The notes below the pieces were generated by a model. It ran no database searches. It worked only from the letters and a program-made list of their open reading frames with translations, and had not been told where the DNA came from. Shown piece by piece: positions 51,901-58,913 of a stretch of 64,000 nucleotides of DNA. Position numbers and translations under genes: made by a program. How positions within the stretch are numbered: position 1 is the first letter of the stretch; each line of letters begins with the position of its first letter. Source of the DNA: a virus; IMG/VR virus record IMGVR_UViG_3300044638_001843, positions 5,067 through 69,066 of that record; one strand, given 5' to 3'.

Positions 51901-54900
51901 TATTATTGAGTATCAACACAATACAATGGATAAGGATGTAACACAGTTAGACTTTAATTACTTTGGTGGGTTTAATCCAAAGATGTTTAAGGGTATGCGT
52001 GGAAGTCCAACATACTACAATCTTCTTACAATGTTGTCTGATGCATCAGAACAACTAGGAAGTCTTAAGTATGGTCTTACTGTTTCATCAAGAACTAGAG
52101 TAGCAGGACCCGACTCGCAACCTATTGACGAAAACACAAGAACACTACCGGTAACCGTACAAGCTATGGATGCTGTTAACCTTGTGTTTATTCTTTACAA
52201 CTTAACAAAAGTAAAACAAGTAGCTACTGAATTAGTTAAAGCTAGAAATATTGCTGGTGTTGAATTTGATCCTGCTGGACAAGTAATACCTGAATCAATC
52301 CCAGCAAACGCAGCAGTTACATTGCTACCAGAAATTCTAAGTAGACCAGAGTTTACAGAAGCTGACATAAGATCCGTAGGGCTATATGTACTTTATAATG
52401 AGTATCAAAATACTGCTGAGCTTGTTGTTGATAAACCCACGGCTAATACAATGGATATTCAAACAGCCATTGGTCCAGTCCCACAAGTAAATGTTAATGA
52501 TAGTAAAACAAAGTATGCGTTCACACCAGAAATGTTAAACTCATTGTTACTTGCTTTAAGAAACTCTGTTGTACTAAACCAGGCTGAACTTGCTTATGCT
52601 ACTAATAAATCAATTGGTGAAAAGAAGTCAAACCTAGAGCGTGGCAATCTACAAAGAACATTAGAATATTACAATGGGGCTAGAGAACTAAAAGCCGATG
52701 AAGCTACAGTTTTCTCGGCTCTCCATGCTGGACTATCTCCACTGTATACTTTAGATGGTGGTATGTATGATGCCCGATATAATGTTCAGTATGAAATTTT
52801 AGATTCTATTAGATACTTAGCCAAAGAAAACTTTAATTTAATTTCTACTAAGTATTTAGATAGTCGATCTACACCGTTTACTGTAAAAGCATATGAACTA
52901 GCTTTGCTTATGCCACTTCAAAGAGCTATAGCAATTGCTGAAAATAACAATCTTAAGTCTGCTTTAAATACTATTAACAGTACTTTAAATAATAATCCAC
53001 AAGAGATTAGACAGCTATTACCAATTATTTCTTTGGCTATATCAAAGCCAACAATGGAACTAAATGCTATTAAAGCTCTTGTTGATTATACATTCAGTAG
53101 AGAAGGTATTTCAAAAGCCAAAGTTGATGCCCTAACTAGTGATATTCAGATTCTTTTAAATGTAGTTAGAAGCATTACAGATCCACAGTCTAATGAGTTC
53201 TATACACCAGTTAGAGCTTTCTTACAGCGGCTAGATGTACCAACTGATAAACTAAATGAACTAGATGCTACTGTTCAGTTTATTGCTTATCAGGAAGAAA
53301 GAGGTAAGAAACTAAACGCAGAACAACAGAATAAAGTTAGACTAGCCGTTTCTCACTCTATTAAAAACTTACAAGAAGATTCTCAATTAAGTCTTTCATT
53401 CTATGGAACTGGACCAAAAGAATCAGCTAATAAGTTTGGGAATGAAACAATATTCTTGTCTACATTTGTAAATTCAGGTGAACAACTAAATAATCAAATT
53501 AAGTCTTTAGGATTGGATGCACTAACAGAACAGATGTATAGAGCTATGATTGGATTTATTTTACATAAGCATCCAGAACTTGAAGGTCACTTGACTATTA
53601 GCATAGATGATGTTGAAGGAAATAGATTAGCTAAAATCCGTAAGGTTAATGATGTATTTAATATTGTCTTTGCTAAGTCTCCAAACACAATTAAAGCAGC
53701 AGTTGCTGGTAAAACAACTGAACAAGCTATTGAAGTAATAGCACATGAGCTATCCCATATTGCTTTAAACTATTCTAAGATTAGAGATAGAATTGGTTAT
53801 GAAGAAGCAATTGAAAGCTTAATGACAGACACCGGGCAAGAAGCAATAGAAAAAATGGTTACTAATGCTTTTGCTGGTGGGGTGCTAACTAGAAATGAAA
53901 TCACTAAACTAGTTTCTTACTATCAACAAAACTTGGAAGAAGCTTTGGTTATGTGGGGAAGCCAAATGCTTATTACAAGAGCAATGGGTAAAGATCGTGT
54001 TGAGCTAAAGGCTATAGAGGAAGAAAACAATATAGCTAGTAAGGTTAATTCTTGGTGGAAGAGAACCTTTAAATCTATTGAATACTTTGTAAATAATCTA
54101 GTTACATTCTTAGATGAAATGACTGGTAGTAGATTTGTTGGTGTATCAGACAAAGTAAACAGAGTCTTTAATGGATTCTTTGATGCTACTTCAGATCTTA
54201 GAATGGAAGACAAAGCCGTATACGATGATGTACTTGAAGAAAGTTTTATTATCTCAAATGCGGATGTATATTATAATCCTGGTTCAACATCTACTGAACG
54301 TACTGCTTATCTTGAAGAGCAAGAAAGAAATCAGAATCAGTACAGAAGATTAACCCAAGAGCTTAGTACACTGGATCCAAACTCAGCAGAATATGCAAGA
54401 GTTAAAAGAGAACTAGACTCTATTAGAGATAAGTGGCAAAATAATGTAGACCACTTAGGTATCTCTGATGAACTATACTATGATACATTAACTAGACTAC
54501 GCAACAGAAATGATGTTGTAGGTCGTGAATTTGATTATGCAGAAACAACAGAAGAAGAGATTGTACTAGCAGATCACATTATTAGAAAGCTGTCAGAGGT
54601 TCGTGGCAAGCGTGTCGATAGCCCAGGTACAGCTGCGTATCTAGCTAGACAAATGATGAATCTATTCTCAGGCACTGTGTCTATGCAAGACGATGGACAT
54701 GCAAGAAATAGATTAATCCAAACACTACAGAAGATTTCTACTTCTGTTTATCTTGTAACTGGTAATCAATCTGGCCAAACCTATAACTCTGCTTTTGGTA
54801 TTATTGTATCACTAGCGCACTTAATTGATGCCGAAGCACAAACAGTAGATTCATACTTTGAAGGTAACGGCGGATTAGATGGTATTAAACAAAACCAATA

Positions 54901-57900
54901 CCAAGTAAATCTATTGGTTAATCAAGTATCTTCTGTTTATAACCAAATTGTTTCAGAGTTTTCTTCAGCAATCCCAGTACCAGGCGCAACTAATAGATCT
55001 GGAGATATTATCCTAGAGTCATTTAGTTACCTAGCCAGTGGTAAGATTGATCCTTCATTTAATGAAAAGGAACAAGCTGCTATCCGTAGACTTGGAGATA
55101 CATATCGTAAGTCTTCAGAACTATTACATGGAATAATTACAGATGCTAATCTAAAAGATAGATCAAGACCATTCCATGATAGCTACCTTGCATTCAAGTT
55201 AGATATTGATCAGTTTAGAGAAGAAAAGAATAAAGCTGGTTATCAAACAAGAAGAACGCAGTTTATTCAATCTGTATCTTCTTTAATCAAAGCAAAACAA
55301 CTTTCACAGTTACAAGATCTTGATAGAGTACATCCGGTTACATTTATGTTGACTTCCGGGTTACCAACACTTAAGACATCTAACTCATCAGACATGTCTT
55401 CAGAACAAGAGTTTATTAGCTTTATTGAAAGAAACGCAAGTGGATCTACAAATCCAAATTCAGTAGAGGCTATTATATTTAACTCTATTCTTTCTTATGC
55501 TGCTCAGGTTAAAGAAGGATCTGTTGATTTAGCAACTAAAAAGGATCTCATTAGATCAGGTGCAACTGTTGGAAACTCGGTTGCATTGAAAGATTTAAAG
55601 AAAGGCTACAAGGCTTTACTAGAAGCAAGCACTAGTAGAACAGCTACTGTAACTGGATTGCTTACAGCACATACATCAGGTATTACCCCAGAACAAGTAA
55701 AGATAATCCAGAATGCAATAAAGAATACCATTACTTCTGATATTGGCAATCCACCCAATATGAAAGCAAAGCTTCAAGCTATGCGTTCTGAGAGATTCCC
55801 AATTAAGATCAAAGAAGAAAGAAATATCTTTAGTGCATCTACAAATACAATTCCAGAACTACTGGCAATAGACTTCTTAAATACTATTGGTTCTTCTGCT
55901 GCTATTACTTATAAGGATGACATCAACCTAACAATAGATGATATCTTTGGTGATAACTTTACTGAAGTACTTGGCGTAGAGGAAATGAGATCTATTCGTA
56001 GTGGCTTCTCCAGAGACATAAGATCTATTATTAAATCAATTGGATCTGGTTTAGGTCAGCAAGCTGTATCAAGTTCATTGATTTACAAGATGACTGGGGT
56101 ACAAGGGTATGATGTTCTTAAACTAATTAGGACTCTAAAGGCATATGTCGATGGAGCCAATAGACCAACTGGATCTCATATATCACAGGGTCAGTTTGAA
56201 AGAACCGAACAAGGTGTAAGAGCTAAACCCCTATCACAAGCAGAAGTCAAGTTACTTAGTGATGCCTTAACAGTATTGGAGCACAAGTATCAGTATATGT
56301 GGAACATGCGTTCTGCTGTATCTGGTGATGCCATTGGTAAGAATGCAATTAAGTTTACAACACAAGCTGCCCACCTAATTTGGGGTGGTAACCAGATTGC
56401 CGCTGGTATTCTTGTAGACTCTTCAGCAGCAGCCGTTGGTGCTATGATGCTAGGCGGTGCTGGTGGTGTACTTGGTTTCTATGGCAGATACATTGGAGAT
56501 GTCCTTAGATTAAGCTTTGGTGCATTTAGTGATGGATGGAAACAAACCCAGGTTCGTGGTGACTTTGCCGACTTTGCAGAAATACTTTGGGATACTAATA
56601 GTAACTTTGTTGAGTCATGGGAAAAGTTATATGGTGAAGTAGACTTTACTAGAAAAACCGGAAGACTGGCTAGTAGATTCTTAAGCTTTAACCAAGCACT
56701 AAATATGTCAACATCTATCTCTGCAAGAACAGCTTTGGCTAAAACTGCATTAGTACAACTCAATAGACAACTAAATACTAACAACCTAGAAGAAGTAAGA
56801 CGTATGCTTATTGATGGTGAATTGGAATCTGGTAACTATAGAGGATATGTAACTCTGATGAAAAAGCTAAAGAACAACGGCTTTAGAAAACTATCTTCAC
56901 CTGAAACAATTCTACGAATGAAAGCTGCTGGTATGTTTGAGGTTGGGGTTATCGAAAGCCTTAAGTTCTTAAAGCAATCAGGACCAATTAGTATTTCTCA
57001 GTATATGGACAAAATCCTAGATCTTGATAAAGATTTTAGCGTTAATGTAGATGGTGTTACCGTAAATAAACAAATGCTAATACAAGCTGTAGGAGCTATT
57101 GAAAAGTTCCAAGACTTGGCAGTTAAACAATCATTAATATCTTCTTCAGCTTTTGATGGTATAACAGATGATTCTCCACTAAGCAAGTTCTTAAGCTTGT
57201 ATAGATCATATTCAATTCTATTTGCTGGTCAGATGTTACTACGCAACAGTGCCAGAATGTCTACATCAAAGATGGCTGGACTCATGTTGGTATATACCAT
57301 TACCGATATTATGTATCAGACTATGCTTGCAGCAGCCAGCGGGTTCCTTGCTGGGGATGAGATTGAAAGATTACTAAGGGGTGAACCATCTGAAAAGGTA
57401 ATTAAACTTATTGCTAAAGCAGCAGTAAGAAACCCCATGTTTACTTTACAGGGCAACTTCTTGTTGGATACTACCTTGTTCTTGGCAGATACAGTTGCTG
57501 GTAACAAGGGATTAGAACCAGAGATTGCACCGCTAGGTGTTACTGCTATGGTACGATTACTAAAGAACCTAGCAACCAATACCAATACCTTTATCAATGC
57601 ACAGTCAGATGAAGAAAGAATTAAGTCAGCTTACAATGGTGGATTATATTTACTACCAATACTAAATCAAGCTTGGTTTAAAACTTTAATTAATCAGGGC
57701 TTAGCTACAGAAGCAAAGAAACAAACAATGGGTTCCTTTGATTCTGGAAGACGCAATAGTGAAGGTAGACCCATGAATACAGCATTTGCTACAGCTTATG
57801 CTGAATACGAAAACATGCAACTACCTACGCCAAACAATATAGCACAGGCTATACTTAAGTCATTGTATCAAACTGAAATGAATAACAAACTTCAGCAATA

Positions 57901-58087
57901 CATGCATCAGTTTAAAAAGAAACAAATGCCAAACCTAGGTCTAACAGCTCCAGAAACTCCAGTACCAGAGAAGCCAGTAGAAACAACTTCTACCAGCGAA
58001 GTCATGGTTGGACCTAAGCCAAGCACTGGTTCATCTCTACAAAAGGAAGCAACAACACCAATTAAAGCTCCAGACTCACTGAAGTAA
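45980..58087 (+). CDS. Giant virion protein, putative virion RNA polymerase with DEDDy exonuclease domain and HEXXH motif
   Basis: 4035 aa, AAGGAG RBS. FDIET/GFNNVGFD/YSRND; VVHDS; FDFDFNGVHH...DVGTRGVANL...DDFY; RDFFKAAVLPRLYQG; RDLAGGRMY...SYQG; HELSH. Confidence 0.75.
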   Translation: MGKCSEEVLNKIREELKSSGAEPETINTVVSLFEKSVETDASADLVSKTLTNSLFTTSDIEKLNKLISKFRRAKGDITKVTNDDLSEFTFLWSKWQAYMEGKVLIAEGFKTKETLELKKKLRKLESKFLSEGKIKEARTLNRLIRKIEATEKQNRNAGRFIRNIEFEGRLEKTKALLNAVNASYEFEASNNETIKKLNNTRFALVGELQRETDPEKKKEIQKKIDENVKETTTKTNEILLSKAFRKQQKADSTGQISLYEAVKELSSEIDKNSSTYRLALNELIDSRNTLEHDKQLFELAKQGIQVLNTSKALLDAIRKEKGGKVTVAELKAVIGDLGVSIDQLIIDTHNKVNPKEKAKSLKGSTELDNNTLSSIFNTLANLAIDQAFSNGIALGFEFSPEDQMLADNLKAASNNMDIENEDQVNNDTVMPKARTASKAKEETLSTREQKIKEFKEGTDFKKLYVMLKQALERVETLRKLPQFSEHISRDMVLAALGPQLHLLNPDIYFSSAVVTATSVARLTAPALSSLPVPPALEKAFANLGMDPRAIKGLPEVANPDEYARNWDRVISFDIETKGDEIFMISIRHSATEERLDPSIEQLVSNPAKGSIGNFTAYSKEDLLRFLRSLELMQNMGWKVAGFNNVGFDLASIAKSIGTEEASNLAARVALRSYDMYAWIKMQYGATVNLDNLATATLGRGKIKGVTGTSVVDLLLAAKTEEETSKALEYSRNDSDLVFEIIENLRSNPSRNLTVNVNNVDKSTVNLSLSNPLQTWQLAIFHSNTNSNFNGFFLEYNAAGVQPAINNFVGESSNAERTSRLLFNTEAVRDQLLLHMSLSLRADPDTAVVGETLIKEAERLTKKEQEVLVTQMKLMRTHRQAGIEAKKALLGSDGEPKFILSIIEGEPKYIEATTSTTAESQYEAAVIEAFNQFYLDMAGDRVPADQIVSRMNEKIVEYGFREKTGSETQADYIKAFINEVILPSVKAKAITDFGNGNTDYAPAWNVGYAIAQIAMGRRDGIMDSRFIEEQAFVTPLSTMNDLENNAKNLSESIKVRQPHRKNVSMFAPISLKQYEEVYNDWALRQRINHILNGDRYKGLSEEELRKKLADIRGAEYMRRVSVLAKSTTIIPDITPTVNNRQLFNELPTIEDTLDRTLETLLDLPAIGVAVVHDSVFLRTKVVVDNDGKSLKFSRLEASPGAWSARSIINGQLVAQLGWYQTYGITDGAIKTSLEETAKGIQAGKLQLKNIDYFDFDFNGVHHMLMLMLAYNIPNDVGTRGVANLIKNLNLSEWWSTVDANKDDFYTQVSLQVQKNIAEQYVKLSERKQTAPLTKDEQAKFDSLEKWNAILNSMDETGSKRTFRDFFKAAVLPRLYQGGIPSISQALFEKTQDPEFKETFPSIVINNADIGFLLKDAEFSGVIGLIKLIDETINISVDGRTKLKQQLDEWNQKLFYKDGVQRHHAVLKEMGKSTDFGRGIIDDTTLTNLINLRIDAAARMLVKPSDIMQFGSLESAINNKKQRLAKLWADRINAGREYVRTKGGTLTTRGEYIKLAEIMGRDPQAWKDLPLLAAINTANRTPLKIREEAIREATEEFGVNVNDYLGNSGNYLFFQSLARDLAGGRMYTTPSGISYQGPSYSQVATPAPFDPADVDTTALWEIDEFSFARLARENPEEARRYITQLVLQQYELRLATEYMANDYNDKTLETPERFLEDWSRISKKEREFYARRRSIETLRTAQAEAQIESVVTPGGARPNAKNWIKEARKRGLLLEQGLRYLASPSRVIGDTSKAFEESNQKMGIFAFRPKTADIDITDLPIYALAELAIERRIDKENENWVRASKKNKAPSSVTDIIPEQAIGYTHTVNPESLPYVPRELMSLGLLTNLTDVSTKLAVEQARIQSRLYRFAKQNGLMHLLPRGRENWAAVHFIRMAHVRGGYPLLRKLGKVYNADENTLVSEYNLGVSKFLTSMFDIIEYQHNTMDKDVTQLDFNYFGGFNPKMFKGMRGSPTYYNLLTMLSDASEQLGSLKYGLTVSSRTRVAGPDSQPIDENTRTLPVTVQAMDAVNLVFILYNLTKVKQVATELVKARNIAGVEFDPAGQVIPESIPANAAVTLLPEILSRPEFTEADIRSVGLYVLYNEYQNTAELVVDKPTANTMDIQTAIGPVPQVNVNDSKTKYAFTPEMLNSLLLALRNSVVLNQAELAYATNKSIGEKKSNLERGNLQRTLEYYNGARELKADEATVFSALHAGLSPLYTLDGGMYDARYNVQYEILDSIRYLAKENFNLISTKYLDSRSTPFTVKAYELALLMPLQRAIAIAENNNLKSALNTINSTLNNNPQEIRQLLPIISLAISKPTMELNAIKALVDYTFSREGISKAKVDALTSDIQILLNVVRSITDPQSNEFYTPVRAFLQRLDVPTDKLNELDATVQFIAYQEERGKKLNAEQQNKVRLAVSHSIKNLQEDSQLSLSFYGTGPKESANKFGNETIFLSTFVNSGEQLNNQIKSLGLDALTEQMYRAMIGFILHKHPELEGHLTISIDDVEGNRLAKIRKVNDVFNIVFAKSPNTIKAAVAGKTTEQAIEVIAHELSHIALNYSKIRDRIGYEEAIESLMTDTGQEAIEKMVTNAFAGGVLTRNEITKLVSYYQQNLEEALVMWGSQMLITRAMGKDRVELKAIEEENNIASKVNSWWKRTFKSIEYFVNNLVTFLDEMTGSRFVGVSDKVNRVFNGFFDATSDLRMEDKAVYDDVLEESFIISNADVYYNPGSTSTERTAYLEEQERNQNQYRRLTQELSTLDPNSAEYARVKRELDSIRDKWQNNVDHLGISDELYYDTLTRLRNRNDVVGREFDYAETTEEEIVLADHIIRKLSEVRGKRVDSPGTAAYLARQMMNLFSGTVSMQDDGHARNRLIQTLQKISTSVYLVTGNQSGQTYNSAFGIIVSLAHLIDAEAQTVDSYFEGNGGLDGIKQNQYQVNLLVNQVSSVYNQIVSEFSSAIPVPGATNRSGDIILESFSYLASGKIDPSFNEKEQAAIRRLGDTYRKSSELLHGIITDANLKDRSRPFHDSYLAFKLDIDQFREEKNKAGYQTRRTQFIQSVSSLIKAKQLSQLQDLDRVHPVTFMLTSGLPTLKTSNSSDMSSEQEFISFIERNASGSTNPNSVEAIIFNSILSYAAQVKEGSVDLATKKDLIRSGATVGNSVALKDLKKGYKALLEASTSRTATVTGLLTAHTSGITPEQVKIIQNAIKNTITSDIGNPPNMKAKLQAMRSERFPIKIKEERNIFSASTNTIPELLAIDFLNTIGSSAAITYKDDINLTIDDIFGDNFTEVLGVEEMRSIRSGFSRDIRSIIKSIGSGLGQQAVSSSLIYKMTGVQGYDVLKLIRTLKAYVDGANRPTGSHISQGQFERTEQGVRAKPLSQAEVKLLSDALTVLEHKYQYMWNMRSAVSGDAIGKNAIKFTTQAAHLIWGGNQIAAGILVDSSAAAVGAMMLGGAGGVLGFYGRYIGDVLRLSFGAFSDGWKQTQVRGDFADFAEILWDTNSNFVESWEKLYGEVDFTRKTGRLASRFLSFNQALNMSTSISARTALAKTALVQLNRQLNTNNLEEVRRMLIDGELESGNYRGYVTLMKKLKNNGFRKLSSPETILRMKAAGMFEVGVIESLKFLKQSGPISISQYMDKILDLDKDFSVNVDGVTVNKQMLIQAVGAIEKFQDLAVKQSLISSSAFDGITDDSPLSKFLSLYRSYSILFAGQMLLRNSARMSTSKMAGLMLVYTITDIMYQTMLAAASGFLAGDEIERLLRGEPSEKVIKLIAKAAVRNPMFTLQGNFLLDTTLFLADTVAGNKGLEPEIAPLGVTAMVRLLKNLATNTNTFINAQSDEERIKSAYNGGLYLLPILNQAWFKTLINQGLATEAKKQTMGSFDSGRRNSEGRPMNTAFATAYAEYENMQLPTPNNIAQAILKSLYQTEMNNKLQQYMHQFKKKQMPNLGLTAPETPVPEKPVETTSTSEVMVGPKPSTGSSLQKEATTPIKAPDSLK

Positions 58088-58170
58088 ATCGACTTAGGGG
58101 TCAGAAATTTCTGAGGGGTTAGGTAAGGAATTAGAGGGTGGATATCCCCCTCTATCCCCCCCAATCAAAC

Positions 58171-58210
58171 AAAGCAACCAGAGAACTAATAATTCTCTGG
58201 TTGTTTTTTT
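58171..58210 (+). terminator. Intrinsic terminator after the giant gene
   Basis: AAAGCAACCAGAGAA-loop-TTCTCTGGTTGTTTTTTT. Confidence 0.8.
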
Positions 58211-58286
58211 CCCAGGTAGATTCCCTACCTATCCCTATCACTGGGGTTCAGTGAATCTAGGTCCTATAGACCAGAAAGATTAGGGG

Positions 58287-58430
58287 ATGCAAACCTACAA
58301 GTTTGAAATCCTGCATAGCACACGCGGACGGGTTACCGTTACAGTCAAGGCTCATAGCCTTGAGAAGGCGTGGATGCGCCTTTACGTCAAGCACACGCCA
58401 GTCCACATTGTTCGATGGTGGCAGTGCTGA
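58287..58430 (+). CDS. Small early protein (47 aa)
   Basis: MQTYKFEILHSTRGRVTVTVKAHSLEKAWMRLYVKHTPVHIVRWWQC; stop abuts the first hairpin repeat. Confidence 0.55.
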   Translation: MQTYKFEILHSTRGRVTVTVKAHSLEKAWMRLYVKHTPVHIVRWWQC

Positions 58431-58471
58431 GAAATTCCCCCAGGTTAATCCCTGGGGGATTTCTTTATGGG
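58431..58471 (+). promoter_or_regulatory. Hairpin + TTATGGG element, copy 1
   Basis: GAAATTCCCCCAGG-TTAATC-CCTGGGGGATTTC-TTTATGGG. Confidence 0.7.
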
Positions 58472-58535
58472 TAGCATATGCTGCCTCTGTTAGGCCCCTA
58501 CAGTCTTAGGGGTTGTCTTGCAAAGGAATAAGAAG

Positions 58536-58742
58536 ATGGATATTCTTATCACTCGATTCCTGACAAACGAGGAAACCGTTTTGTACTCAGTAGAAAATGA
58601 CGGTTACACCGTTCCCCGCGAGATGTTCGCTCTTTCCCCAAAGGAAAGCAATTTGTGGACGTGGAAGGAAGTTTGCCACTACGTTTGGTACTGGTCTCAC
58701 GAAACCAATGTCACTGTCACCGTCCGCTACAAGAAAGGGTAA
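58536..58742 (+). CDS. Small early hypothetical protein
   Basis: AAGGA upstream; MDILITRFLTNEETV... Confidence 0.6.
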   Translation: MDILITRFLTNEETVLYSVENDGYTVPREMFALSPKESNLWTWKEVCHYVWYWSHETNVTVTVRYKKG

Positions 58743-58780
58743 GTCGTTTTCGGGTAAGATGTGATTAATGGCTTGCCCGA

Positions 58781-58819
58781 AGCATCCCCCGGAGAAATCC
58801 GGGGGGTGTTTTTTATGGG
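58781..58819 (+). promoter_or_regulatory. Hairpin + TTATGGG element, copy 2
   Basis: AGCATCCCCCGGA-GAAA-TCCGGGGGGTGTT-TTTTATGGG. Confidence 0.7.
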
Positions 58820-58913
58820 TTGAATGTAACCCAAGCCCTACTGTTGGGCAAGCTCATGGCTAGAGCTATATAAGTCAAGCCCTAACTCCTTCTTATAGAG
58901 AGGAAACCACCCA

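Noticed and set aside
2327-58087. T7-style 23-bp phage promoter repeats in middle and late regions
   Set aside because: No convincing conserved repeat found by eye; needs a MEME search of intergenic regions.
58303-58509. 68-aa TTG-start ORF in the track
   Set aside because: Crosses the hairpin element; the 58287-58430 frame, which ends just before the hairpin, is more plausible.
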